Numbered from the stretch's first letter, positions 27,466-36,310 are shown. The stretch: DNA of 39,427 bases from a virus (IMGVR_UViG_3300017700_000374:1-39427); one strand, 5' to 3'. Made by a program: numbers and translations. Notes: a model not told the origin generated them from the sequence alone.

Positions 27466-27712
27466 TCCGCTGCGGGCTCCGGGTACTTTGACAAGCGGTC
27501 GCCGCACCGTTGCCGGGAATCGTGCGGTCGGTGGCGTGCCGACTTCGCATCACCTCACCGGCGATGGTGTCGACTACGCGGGCACTTCGGTTGCGGCTCT
27601 ACGGGGGTATTTCGGCGACAAGGCGCGATATCTGGACGAGGGCGATCACGTACACGTTACGCTACCTGGCTACGGCAAGGTGCCATATTACGGACGCAGG
27701 GGCAGTAAATGA
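27461..27712 (+). CDS. Peptidase M15 (Zn D-Ala-D-Ala peptidase-like) domain, probably expressed as a +1 frameshift extension of the upstream ejection protein
   Basis: TSGRR..N.AVGG...[10 protein letters not shown]...EGDHVHV motifs; only a TTG without SD is available as its own start. Confidence 0.7.
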   Translation, partial: RDPLRAPGTLTSGRRTVAGNRAVGGVPTSHHLTGDGVDYAGTSVAALRGYFGDKARYLDEGDHVHVTLPGYGKVPYYGRRGSK

Positions 27713-30396
27713 CGCCGCAAGACAATCCTTTCGCAGATTTGATCCCGGCTCAGGCGCAAGGCCAGCAGCCTGTGCAACAGCAGGCACCCGCGCGCATCTA
27801 CGGTGGTCCCAAGCCTGTGGATCCGATGGAGCAGGCTCGCTTCCAGCTTTCGGTCAATTCGGACTCGCGCGCTGCTGATGCGGCGGCACGTGCTGCGGAG
27901 GCCAATGACCGGGCGGCTGCGGCTGCCGAACGGCAGGCTGCGTTAGATGCGCGTAAGCTGACGACTGACGCACGCCTGACGGAAACAGAAGCCAAGACCA
28001 CAGCATTCTATAACCGCGCGCTTGGCGCCAATCGCGACTTCGAAAGCAGCGGCGTCGCAACCGAACCGCGTGGTGTTATCGGGCAGGCTGCTGCAGACAT
28101 CTTGCCTACCGGCATCGTCAACACCTTTACCAGCCCGGAGCGCCAGAAGGCAGAACAGTCCAAGCGTGACTTCATCGCGGCCAGCCTTCGCTACGAATCG
28201 GGCGCGGCCATCTCGCCTGCGGAGTTCGACAAGCAGGATGCCATCTTCTTTCCGCAGCCTGGCGACAGCCCTGATGTGATCTCGCAGAAGCGTCAGGCTC
28301 GCCAGCGCGTTATCGAAAGTTTTGGCATCGGCGCTGGCACTGGTGCGGCTAAGGTCAACGCTATCCGGGGGCCTGAAGGGGCTGCCACGTTCAACGACCA
28401 ACTTGCCCCGACGCAGGCTGGCGTTAACCGCCTCAACCCAGCACAGGACGCCGACTACAAGGCGTTCCTGCTGACGCGGCCTACGCCCGAAGCAATCCGC
28501 CAGCGTTACGCGCTATACGGGGCTGGCGAGCTGTCTCAGGAGAACGCGACCAAGCTGGCTGAGTATTACGCTGCGGGTGGTACCGGCTATGGCGTGGACT
28601 ATAGCGGCATCGAGGCAAAGCCGGTGGACCCCGGCGACGGTACGGCCGGCGCGATCGTTCGCGGCGCCGCCAATGCGGGCTCGCTGGGCCTCGTCAACCG
28701 TATCGGTGCTGCCGTCGACACGATCGGCGGAGATGGCACCTATAACGAAAACCTCAACCGCCGCAGGGGCTATGACCTATATGACCAGGAAAACAACGCT
28801 GCTGCTCGGCTTGGGGGACAGGTTCTCGGTGGTCTCGCCGTGCCGCTTATCGGCGGAACCAGCGCCGCCAACCTTGCCTTCAACGGCGCAGGTATCGGAG
28901 CGCTTTACGGCTATAACGATAGCTATGGTGATACCACTTCTCGCCTTGCTTCGGCAGGTGCTAGCGCTGTAGCAGGTGGCGCCCTTGGTTACGCCGGGGG
29001 ACGCGCTGCGGAATGGCTTGGCGCACGTGGCGGTGGTACTCCGCCGCCTCCGGGCCCGGGACAACAGCTTATGGAGGCCGCAGGGCGCCAGGGTGTGGAC
29101 CCGCTGCCTGCTGACGTAGGTGGGCCTATGACCCGTCGCTTCACGGCAGGCGCTGCGCAGGCGCCGCTGTCGTCGGGGCCGATTATCCGCGGTGGTCAGC
29201 GTGTTTCCGACCAGATCGGCGCCGCGCGGGATCGTGTGGCGGCTGGAGTAGGCGCGATAGAGCAGCCGGTTGCGGCCGGCGAGACGGCGCAGCGTGGCGC
29301 GGGGACGTATATCCGCCAATCGCGCGAACAGGTTGGCGGGCTGTACGATGCGGCACGTTCGGCGGCTGGTGACGCTCGCCCTGTGCCTGAGCGCGCTATC
29401 GCCGCGGTGCAGACCAACCTGCGGGAATTGGCAGAGACGCCTAACACCAGCGCTCCTGTAACAGCCGCCTTGCAAAGCCTTGGCGAGGATCTACAGGCGC
29501 CTGGCGGGCTGTCGATCGATGCATTGCGCCGCCTTCGCACCAACGTTCGTGGGATCGCACAAACCGACCAGCTTCGTGGCACTGATTTCCAGCGGCGTGC
29601 AGGGCAGGTTCTGGACGCCATCTCGGAAGACATCGCCGCCGGGTTGCAGCCGGAAGCCCGCGCTCGCTTCCTTGCCGCTGACCGCGCCCACCGTGAACGC
29701 GTCGAAACGATAGACGAGGTGATCAAGCCCATCATCGGCGGGCGCAACGAAAAGGCGTTCGCACCCGAGCGCGTGTATCAGAACCTGCAGAATGCAAGCC
29801 GTAGTGATTCCGCGCGGCTACGTCGGTTCATGGACACCTTGCCGGCGGAAGACCAGGCGAGCGTTCGGGCAACTGTTATCAGCCAGCTCGGGCGAGCAAC
29901 CAACGGCGCACAGAATGCAGAGGGCACGGCATTCTCTCCGGCGGCATTCCTGACGCAGTGGAACCAAATGACGCCGCGCGCGAAGGATGTGCTGTTTCGT
30001 GGTGAGGCAAGGGATGCATTGAACGATCTGGCGCGCATCACCGAGGGCACCAAGCAGGCTGCAGGCTACGCCAACCGATCAAACACCGCGGGCGCCGCTG
30101 CAACCAACGTCGGTGCGCTTATCGGTATCGGTTCGTTGTCTCCACAGGCTGCCATTGCGGGCGCTGTAGGGCAGATGATCACCGGTCGCCTGCTTGCATC
30201 GCCGCGTTTCGCTCGGTGGCTGGCACGACCCGCTGCAGGTCCTGAAGGTCTCGCCACGGCAGCACGTCGCCTATCTGGCATTGCCGCGCGTGAACCGGCT
30301 ATCGCAAACGACATTCTTCCGATCCAGCGCGCGTTGCAGGAGACGCTACCAACCCGTGCTGCGGCGGAAGATAAGAAACAAAAACGCCGGCAGTAG
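27709..30396 (+). CDS. Large DNA ejection/internal virion protein (gp16 position)
   Basis: 895-aa Ala/Gly-rich; NPFADLIP start, [27 protein letters not shown] motifs. Confidence 0.82.
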   Translation: MTPQDNPFADLIPAQAQGQQPVQQQAPARIYGGPKPVDPMEQARFQLSVNSDSRAADAAARAAEANDRAAAAAERQAALDARKLTTDARLTETEAKTTAFYNRALGANRDFESSGVATEPRGVIGQAAADILPTGIVNTFTSPERQKAEQSKRDFIAASLRYESGAAISPAEFDKQDAIFFPQPGDSPDVISQKRQARQRVIESFGIGAGTGAAKVNAIRGPEGAATFNDQLAPTQAGVNRLNPAQDADYKAFLLTRPTPEAIRQRYALYGAGELSQENATKLAEYYAAGGTGYGVDYSGIEAKPVDPGDGTAGAIVRGAANAGSLGLVNRIGAAVDTIGGDGTYNENLNRRRGYDLYDQENNAAARLGGQVLGGLAVPLIGGTSAANLAFNGAGIGALYGYNDSYGDTTSRLASAGASAVAGGALGYAGGRAAEWLGARGGGTPPPPGPGQQLMEAAGRQGVDPLPADVGGPMTRRFTAGAAQAPLSSGPIIRGGQRVSDQIGAARDRVAAGVGAIEQPVAAGETAQRGAGTYIRQSREQVGGLYDAARSAAGDARPVPERAIAAVQTNLRELAETPNTSAPVTAALQSLGEDLQAPGGLSIDALRRLRTNVRGIAQTDQLRGTDFQRRAGQVLDAISEDIAAGLQPEARARFLAADRAHRERVETIDEVIKPIIGGRNEKAFAPERVYQNLQNASRSDSARLRRFMDTLPAEDQASVRATVISQLGRATNGAQNAEGTAFSPAAFLTQWNQMTPRAKDVLFRGEARDALNDLARITEGTKQAAGYANRSNTAGAAATNVGALIGIGSLSPQAAIAGAVGQMITGRLLASPRFARWLARPAAGPEGLATAARRLSGIAAREPAIANDILPIQRALQETLPTRAAAEDKKQKRRQ

Positions 30397-30444
30397 CCAG
30401 TACATGAAGAACAGGCCAACTGACCATTTGATGAAAGACCGCAT
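30346..30444 (-). CDS. Small antisense membrane protein (32 aa), superinfection-exclusion candidate
   Basis: [32 protein letters not shown]; own promoter directly upstream. Confidence 0.55.
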   Translation of the reverse strand: MRSFIKWSVGLFFMYWLLPAFLFLIFRRSTGW

Positions 30445-30451
30445 TGTGGTT

Positions 30452-30480
30452 ATGGTATCAGAATACCCGAGGGGAAGCAA
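30452..30480 (-). promoter_or_regulatory. Sigma70-type promoter for a leaderless antisense ORF
   Basis: TTGCTT-N17-TACCAT with extended -10 TG, 7 nt before ATG 30444. Confidence 0.55.
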
Positions 30481-31917
30481 ATGAGCATCGTCAACATCGA
30501 ATTTCCCGGCAACCTGGCGCAGGTCGATACTGCGCCGGAGTTGCGGCGGGTACCAGTCGGCGTTCTTAACTCCAGTGTTTTGGCCCTTGTGGTGGCATTG
30601 GAAGGAATGTTTAAATACGACTCCGGTTCTTTTGCTGCTGACGATGGCACAACCGTTCTAAAACCAGACGGCGTTACGACGCTGCAGGCGGGACGATGGG
30701 TCAAGTCTACCAGTGCGTTCGGCCGGGGCCCCCAAGGACTCCCCGGCGAGGGTATTGGGACTACGATTCAGACGAATGTGCCGGGAGGTAACGGCGGCCA
30801 GGGGTTCAGCTCTCGCCTGATGGTCTTTGAGGATAATCGAGATGCTACGGCAGATGGCGCCGGTAAATCGGATGCTCTACAGATCGTCCACAGCTTTGGG
30901 GGCTCTTTAACCAAAGGCGGTCGTCACGCGATCGAAACGTTCTGCGTGCAGATTGCGCCGACGCCCTTGTCCAACCCGGACCAGAACTACGTCGGCGGCG
31001 CGTTCACTGGCTTTGCACAGAGTCATGATAACGGCACGGCAGAAGCCTCGCGCGGCGGCATGTTTGGCATCAATGGTGTGGGGCGCCTTGGCGCAAATGC
31101 CACCTTTTATCACAACGTCACCGGCGCGGAGTTCAACACCGAGGTTGTTGAGGGCGCATCGGTTCATTACAAGTCGCTGATCCAGCTTACGGGGTTTGCA
31201 ACCGATGCCGTGCGCGGGACTGACTATGACGCGATGATCTCGATGTCCCGGCAGGCTGGCGGTGTGTCGTTCAAGGACGGCATCCTGTTCTCCGAGGCTA
31301 ACGGGCAATCCCCCATGGGGGCTGACAGCTCGTTGATGCGCACGCAGGGTGTAGCGCAGTGCCTGAACGGTATCGATCTCAGCAGCTATATTTTCACGGG
31401 GTATGGCCTTCGTATCGGCAACGCACCTGAAGGCCAGCGGGCCGGTGTGGGTATCAGGCAGTTTGCGAACGGCACCGTTGGTTTGCACTTCCAGCGCTTC
31501 ACCGACACGGCGCCTACCGGCAACATTTTCCAGCTTGTGAACTCGACCAACTCAGCCGTGATCACGCAACTGACTGCGACCGGAGTTTTCACCACCGAGA
31601 ACGTTATCTCCGGGGCAATGACGGCGAATACGCTGACGGTCGGTGTTGGGGGCCTTGATACGCCGGTTGCTCGTATAGGTGCAGGCGGCGTCGTCACCCC
31701 CACCGTCGACAACGGGTTGAACGGCGTTCTGGCGGTTGGCGGTGTCGGAGCCGCAGCGGAAATCCAAATCCGCAAACCCCTGGTCACCAGCGGCACGACG
31801 ACCCCGGTAACGCTGGCATCGACCGGCGGTGCGGGTCCGACGACTGCTGCCCAAAATAGCTGGGTGCGTTTTCTTGATTCGACGGGCGTTCCTTTTTGGG
31901 TGCCGGCTTGGAAGTGA
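30481..31917 (+). CDS. Tailspike / receptor-binding protein
   Basis: GMFKYDSGSFAADDGTTV...GRWVK N-terminal tailspike motif; Gly-rich beta body; position after the ejection genes as for P22 gene 9. Confidence 0.8.
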   Translation: MSIVNIEFPGNLAQVDTAPELRRVPVGVLNSSVLALVVALEGMFKYDSGSFAADDGTTVLKPDGVTTLQAGRWVKSTSAFGRGPQGLPGEGIGTTIQTNVPGGNGGQGFSSRLMVFEDNRDATADGAGKSDALQIVHSFGGSLTKGGRHAIETFCVQIAPTPLSNPDQNYVGGAFTGFAQSHDNGTAEASRGGMFGINGVGRLGANATFYHNVTGAEFNTEVVEGASVHYKSLIQLTGFATDAVRGTDYDAMISMSRQAGGVSFKDGILFSEANGQSPMGADSSLMRTQGVAQCLNGIDLSSYIFTGYGLRIGNAPEGQRAGVGIRQFANGTVGLHFQRFTDTAPTGNIFQLVNSTNSAVITQLTATGVFTTENVISGAMTANTLTVGVGGLDTPVARIGAGGVVTPTVDNGLNGVLAVGGVGAAAEIQIRKPLVTSGTTTPVTLASTGGAGPTTAAQNSWVRFLDSTGVPFWVPAWK

Positions 31918-31925
31918 GGCGAGAT

Positions 31926-32216
31926 ATGTTCAACGAAATTGAATCGACGATTATCGTACAGGCGCAGATGATCACGAAGTTGCATGCGGCGGCGGTTCAG
32001 CTACAACAGATCGTGGCACAAGCCCAACAGGAGACGAACATGAAGAAGGCCCATCTCGACCGCGACACGGCGCGCGCGCTGTGTGAAGCGGGGTATATGA
32101 CCAACGAGGCGTATACGCGGTTCTGCAAGGAACATGACGGCGGGGTTTCGACCCAGAGCGACAGCGGTGGTGGTGGCCACACGAATCCTCCGCCGCCCGA
32201 GACCCCGGAGGACTGA
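31926..32216 (+). CDS. Hypothetical protein: coiled-coil N-part plus internal start (32040) giving a 58-aa Gly/Pro-tailed peptide
   Basis: ATG 31926 after GAGG; second ATG at 32040 after CAGGAG; ends SDSGGGGHTNPPPPETPED. Confidence 0.6.
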   Translation: MFNEIESTIIVQAQMITKLHAAAVQLQQIVAQAQQETNMKKAHLDRDTARALCEAGYMTNEAYTRFCKEHDGGVSTQSDSGGGGHTNPPPPETPED

Positions 32217-32219
32217 TCG

Positions 32220-32732
32220 TTGGCGCCGTTGATTATCTTCGGCGTATTGTGTGCCGCGGCCTTATTGGTCGCGGCATGCTCTTATCAGGACCGTAGCTGC
32301 CTTATCGTGGCGGCGTTGCTGGTGTGCGTGAATTGGCTGACGTTCGCGATGCCGTGGATATATAATCCGGCGTCCTTTGCACACCTTTTGGTAGCAGCAG
32401 GTATTCCAGCCCATCACGAAGATGTCTGGTCAGTTATGGATCTTGTTTGCCTCGTTACGGTAATTGTTGTGTGCCGGCACACATGGTGGGCGCCCGTATT
32501 GTGGGCACCATACCTGATCATGCTTGCAATGCTAGCGGTAGCATGGGCGAACGATTTAGAATATGTAGCATACAAGGACGTTCTGGACGCTGCTTTGATT
32601 GTCCAGCTCGCGACGTTGTTCGTGGTAGGAGGTGGCGGCTGTGCCGATCGTGTGTTTGATTGTTGCCGTCGCCTTCGTGGGATGGGCGGCAGTGCCAGCG
32701 AGCTGGCTAGACGTTCGGAGGTGGCGCGGTGA
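32220..32732 (+). CDS. Polytopic membrane protein (about 5 TM)
   Basis: GGAGGA RBS with TTG start; several hydrophobic segments; lower GC than neighbours. Confidence 0.75.
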   Translation: MAPLIIFGVLCAAALLVAACSYQDRSCLIVAALLVCVNWLTFAMPWIYNPASFAHLLVAAGIPAHHEDVWSVMDLVCLVTVIVVCRHTWWAPVLWAPYLIMLAMLAVAWANDLEYVAYKDVLDAALIVQLATLFVVGGGGCADRVFDCCRRLRGMGGSASELARRSEVAR

Positions 32733-33043
32733 TCAATGACAGCGATATGCGCCATATCTGGATGTTCATGTCCGCATTGGCCGGCGCTGTCACCGCCCTG
32801 GCTCAGATGACCTATAAAGAGATGAGTTGGGCTGACATAGCACTGACGCTCTTTTCCGGTTTTGGTTTCGCAGTGTTTTTCATGCCATCAGTCGCCCAAT
32901 GGATGGGTGTCGACGAAAATAACATCAGGGCCACGAACGCCATCGTTTATATCGGTGGCACGGGCTGGAATATTCTTATGCCGTTCGCCATCCAGCGCGC
33001 GAAAGCAGGCCTCGCCATCTTCGGCGGAAAGGATCCGGCATGA
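32729..33043 (+). CDS. Holin-like membrane protein
   Basis: Three hydrophobic segments; upstream of the endolysin. Confidence 0.6.
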   Translation: MINDSDMRHIWMFMSALAGAVTALAQMTYKEMSWADIALTLFSGFGFAVFFMPSVAQWMGVDENNIRATNAIVYIGGTGWNILMPFAIQRAKAGLAIFGGKDPA

Positions 33044-33363
33044 CCGTGTTCGACTTTCTGAACGTCACCGGGCGCTTACTGCTGGTCGGCATCGTGGTGT
33101 TCAAGCTGACACAGTTCCGCGAGATGGCGAACGTCGCCGAACGGTTCGGGCTTGGGTTGATGGGTGCGGGTTCGTTCCTGACCATTCCCGTCATCCTGTT
33201 CAAAAACCAGAATCCGTTTGAGGGGTGGGCTGTGTCGCTGCTGACGTACGGCGTGATCCTGTTCCTGTCGGGCCGTACGTGGCGGGATTACAAGCATGCG
33301 CGTGCCAACCGGCAAATGGTGCGGCAGGGTGAAGTTTGGAGAGCACAGAGAGGTAAGCCATGA
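33040..33363 (+). CDS. Membrane protein (3 TM, basic C-tail), holin/antiholin candidate
   Basis: Hydrophobic segments; coupled to the endolysin. Confidence 0.6.
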   Translation: MTVFDFLNVTGRLLLVGIVVFKLTQFREMANVAERFGLGLMGAGSFLTIPVILFKNQNPFEGWAVSLLTYGVILFLSGRTWRDYKHARANRQMVRQGEVWRAQRGKP

Positions 33364-33944
33364 GAACACAGATCTTCGAAGCGATCCGGGCAGCGCGCAC
33401 TGACAAGACGTTCGACATGGACGAAGTGGCAGCGATCGACGCCATGCTCGATAAACTGGGGGTGCCGCGGGTCGAGGGTGGCAATGACTGGCTTCCGTTC
33501 GCGCTGTCGTTGATTAAGCAGTTCGAGGGTTGCAAGCTGACTGCGTACCCAGATCCTGGGACTGGCGGAAAGCCCTTCACGATTGGTTGGGGGTCCACGA
33601 CGGACGGTCAGGGCGCGGCGATCGCGCCGGGCACGAAATGGACGCAGCCGCAGGCTGACCAGCGCCTCGCCAGCCACGTCGCTGAGTTTGCCAGGGGCGT
33701 GGACAAGCTGCTCGGTGGCGCGGCTACTACAGCGGCTCAGAAGGGTGCGCTGGTGTCTCTGGCCTATAATATCGGCCTAGGCAACCTTGGGTCTTCCACG
33801 CTGCTCAGGAAGCATAACGCCGCCGACTATGACGGTGCCGCCGCGCAGTTCGCTGTGTGGAACAAGGCCGCGGGTAAGGTGATGCAGGGGCTGGTGAATC
33901 GGCGGACTGCTGAGGCCCGGGTTTATAAGGGGCTGCCGGCATGA
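33360..33944 (+). CDS. Endolysin, GH24 phage lysozyme
   Basis: IKQFEGCKLTAYPDPGTGGKPFTIGWGST catalytic E-D-T, LVSLAYNIG, SSTLLRK, GLVNRRTAE. Confidence 0.95.
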   Translation: MRTQIFEAIRAARTDKTFDMDEVAAIDAMLDKLGVPRVEGGNDWLPFALSLIKQFEGCKLTAYPDPGTGGKPFTIGWGSTTDGQGAAIAPGTKWTQPQADQRLASHVAEFARGVDKLLGGAATTAAQKGALVSLAYNIGLGNLGSSTLLRKHNAADYDGAAAQFAVWNKAAGKVMQGLVNRRTAEARVYKGLPA

Positions 33945-34195
33945 GCATCAACGTCGTTCCCCTCCGCGAGGTATCCGCCAACGACATCGCCGCACAGTTC
34001 CGCCGCATGGCTGACGAAATAGACAGCGGCGAGATCGAGCATATCGAAAGCATGGTCGCCGTTGCGGAGATTGACGGGCAGATAGTGCTGTACGGCTGGG
34101 GCAATATCGACGGGATGCGTGCTACTGGCATGCTGTCGCTAGGTTCGGCACAGCTCACCCGTCAGACCCTAGAGACCATGGAGGCGCAGTCGTGA
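33941..34195 (+). CDS. Hypothetical protein (84 aa)
   Basis: ATGA-coupled ORF. Confidence 0.65.
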   Translation: MSINVVPLREVSANDIAAQFRRMADEIDSGEIEHIESMVAVAEIDGQIVLYGWGNIDGMRATGMLSLGSAQLTRQTLETMEAQS

Positions 34196-34464
34196 TCAAC
34201 ACCGCATCAATCCCGAACCTCCGCATCGTCGTAGGCATGTGCCTAGCAGCGATTGCAGGATACGCGCTGTTCAGCATCTACGTCGTGGTGGTCCTGCGAG
34301 ACGCTACGATGACCGGCGACACCGTTGGCACGTGGAAGTCGTTTGCCGTGCTGGCGTTCGGTTTCTGGCTCGGGTCTAGCTCGGGCAGCAAAGCCAAGTC
34401 CGATCCTCCAACGCCATCCGGCACGCCGGCAGATCCCATCGCAGTCACGGAGACGCAGCCATGA
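34192..34464 (+). CDS. Two-TM membrane protein, holin-like (FWLGSS motif)
   Basis: GGAGG RBS; two TM segments then GFWLGSSSGSKAK. Confidence 0.7.
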   Translation: MINTASIPNLRIVVGMCLAAIAGYALFSIYVVVVLRDATMTGDTVGTWKSFAVLAFGFWLGSSSGSKAKSDPPTPSGTPADPIAVTETQP

Positions 34465-34637
34465 GCCTATTCGGAAAGATCCTCTCCACGGTCGCCCGCA
34501 AGGTCCTAATTCCAGCGGTCGCCAAGATCGCCGCAAACCCGAAAGCACCCCTGACGCTCGATGCGGCCAAGGGTGCTTTGATTAGCGCTGCGGGTGATGA
34601 GGTGGCGCGGCAGGGTAGGAAGAGGTTGGGGGTTTAA
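34461..34637 (+). CDS. Cationic amphipathic peptide (58 aa), outer-membrane disruptor candidate
   Basis: Manual translation MSLFGKILSTVARKVLIPAVAKIAANPKAPLTLDAAKGALISAAGDEVARQGRKRLGV; GGAG RBS, ATGA coupling. Confidence 0.65.
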   Translation: MSLFGKILSTVARKVLIPAVAKIAANPKAPLTLDAAKGALISAAGDEVARQGRKRLGV

Positions 34638-34783
34638 CGAGGGGCGGCGACACGCTGTTCGCAATTGACCTTCGCGCATGGTCTATAGCCATCGGACAGG
34701 CCGACTACATACGCTAAAAACAGCGCGAAAACCGCAGCCAAGCCCAAAGCAATCCCGAATATAACGTCGCTGACTTTCATCAT
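34634..34783 (-). CDS. Small single-TM protein
   Basis: MMKVSDVIFGIALGLAAVFALFLAYVVGLSDG...; last gene of the leftward arm. Confidence 0.6.
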   Translation of the reverse strand: MMKVSDVIFGIALGLAAVFALFLAYVVGLSDGYRPCAKVNCEQRVAAPR

Positions 34784-34784
34784 C

Positions 34785-35144
34785 CTATCCTCTATCATCC
34801 GCGGTGGGGTCGCAAGGGGTGGCCAGGGTGCGGCGCCGGCGATCCTTGATGATGTGCTCGTGAAGTCGGATCTCGGTGTGGTAAGCGTTCCGCGCGATCG
34901 TCTCAAAATAGACCGGCTCGCCCAGCCCAGCCTTGGTGCTCGACAGTCGGACGATCGCGGCATAGCCCTCGCCGTCCGTCGAGTAGACCGCTGCCTTGCC
35001 GTCGCCCGTTTCTAGCGCCTTATCGACGGCATCCCGTAGCGCGATCAGTCCGTCCCGCGTGCCGGTCAGGATCGCCTCACCGTGTTCGGCAAACTGGCTC
35101 GTAATGTGGAGCCAAGGCGCTTTGTGTAGGTCCGACATACTCAT
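34785..35144 (-). CDS. Hypothetical protein
   Basis: GGAGG RBS; AILTGTRDGLIALRDAVDKAL...DGEGY. Confidence 0.7.
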   Translation of the reverse strand: MSMSDLHKAPWLHITSQFAEHGEAILTGTRDGLIALRDAVDKALETGDGKAAVYSTDGEGYAAIVRLSSTKAGLGEPVYFETIARNAYHTEIRLHEHIIKDRRRRTLATPCDPTADDRG

Positions 35145-35413
35145 GCCTCCTGTGATGCGAGGGCGGGTGTAGCTTTCCAGCAAATCTGCACCGCGTAGGA
35201 TGACGATACGCGTTCAACCCGCCCAGCCCTTTCGAGCGCGAACAGGCGCCGTCGGATGAACGGCGTGCCTAGATTCTTGTATGCCGGTCGCCTTGCCTCG
35301 TGGCCTGCTGGATGCGACGCGAGGATATTGCGGACTACGTAGGTCATGATGCGTGGACGCTGGCGGACCACCTCCATAATCTGCTCGTTGGTCGGCTTTG
35401 CTTCCTTCGTCAC
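35141..35413 (-). CDS. Winged-helix-like hypothetical protein
   Basis: TYVVRNIL...IRRRLFALERAGRVERV; AGGAG RBS. Confidence 0.65.
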   Translation of the reverse strand: MTKEAKPTNEQIMEVVRQRPRIMTYVVRNILASHPAGHEARRPAYKNLGTPFIRRRLFALERAGRVERVSSSYAVQICWKATPALASQEA

Positions 35414-35458
35414 AATCTCATCTCCTATCGCCGAAAGCGGGGGTGGGGTTAGGCGGGG

Positions 35459-35602
35459 TCAGGTAGCCGGCCAAAAGACCGAGCCGTCCGTCTCGTCACG
35501 CTCTCCCGGCATCCCGCACTTGGTGCAGCGAACATCGGTGTGGTTCTCATTGGAGAACATGCTTTCGAGTTCCTGCCACTCGTGTTCGCAGTTCGCGTCC
35601 AT
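35459..35602 (-). CDS. Small zinc-ribbon protein (47 aa)
   Basis: Manual translation MDANCEHEW...VRCTKCGMPGERD... Confidence 0.6.
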   Translation of the reverse strand: MDANCEHEWQELESMFSNENHTDVRCTKCGMPGERDETDGSVFWPAT

Positions 35603-35841
35603 CACCCCACCCTCCCTTGCTCAAGCACCGCGATCTCGGATTCGATTGAGGGGGTGGCGGCAAGCGGGTTTGGCATACCCTGCCAGGTGCCGGCATGGTT
35701 GACGTAGTGCCATTCCCCGGTCGCTGGGTTCACCGCGAACAGCGACGCGCCTTGCGGCAGCGGCGGGACGTAGCGGTTCGGCACATGCCCGTTGTAGTCT
35801 GCCACCGGCGCCCGCATCTCATTCCCTGCTTCGTTCATCAT
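35602..35841 (-). CDS. Hypothetical protein
   Basis: Coupled ORF. Confidence 0.55.
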   Translation of the reverse strand: MMNEAGNEMRAPVADYNGHVPNRYVPPLPQGASLFAVNPATGEWHYVNHAGTWQGMPNPLAATPSIESEIAVLEQGRVG

Positions 35842-36071
35842 CCTGCTCCTGTTCCAGCCTGCTTCGTGTGGGGTGATACGCCATCTTCTCCCCTCCTGTC
35901 ACCGACACGGGAGGCATGGGCGCGCACTTGGATGCACTTGACATCGAGACCGTTGTTGCCTCCGCCCCACATGGACTTGTGCGCAGCCAGCACGCGCCTA
36001 CAGTCGCGCTCGGTGAGGTTGGGCACGCTCATCATAGCGTGCGGCATGTAGAGAAGTGCAATCCACATCAT
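35838..36071 (-). CDS. Hypothetical protein
   Basis: Coupled ORF. Confidence 0.5.
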   Translation of the reverse strand: MMWIALLYMPHAMMSVPNLTERDCRRVLAAHKSMWGGGNNGLDVKCIQVRAHASRVGDRRGEDGVSPHTKQAGTGAG

Positions 36072-36310
36072 GTCGCGCTCTCCCAGCCCGCATGGATTTC
36101 CTCGTCAGCCATGTCGTGTGCCGCGTCCTCGCTCCAATCGTATTGAGGATCGCCGAACGCAGACCCGTCCATGTCCTCGAAGGCTTCAAGGCATCCGGCT
36201 GCCATCTCGACAGCATCGTCGCGCTCCAACGGGGGGACATGGCGCTCCTGGAAGCGGTCAGCGATCCAGCCGATGAACGCCACCCGCTCTACTTCCGCGA
36301 TGTCGCTCAT
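36068..36310 (-). CDS. Acidic hypothetical protein (80 aa)
   Basis: GGAGG RBS; D/E-rich. Confidence 0.7.
   Translation of the reverse strand: MSDIAEVERVAFIGWIADRFQERHVPPLERDDAVEMAAGCLEAFEDMDGSAFGDPQYDWSEDAAHDMADEEIHAGWESAT

Noticed and set aside
27462-27491. GTG at 27462 as a coupled start for the peptidase
   Set aside because: Wrong frame; it reads VIRCGLRVL then stops
22589-31917. Diversity-generating retroelement or invertible tail-fibre cassette
   Set aside because: No reverse transcriptase or invertase, and no TR/VR-like duplicated segment was noticed
32220-32282. Lipobox-like VAAC suggesting a unimolecular spanin
   Set aside because: No basic n-region, and the rest of the protein is multi-TM rather than a periplasmic beta domain with one C-terminal TM
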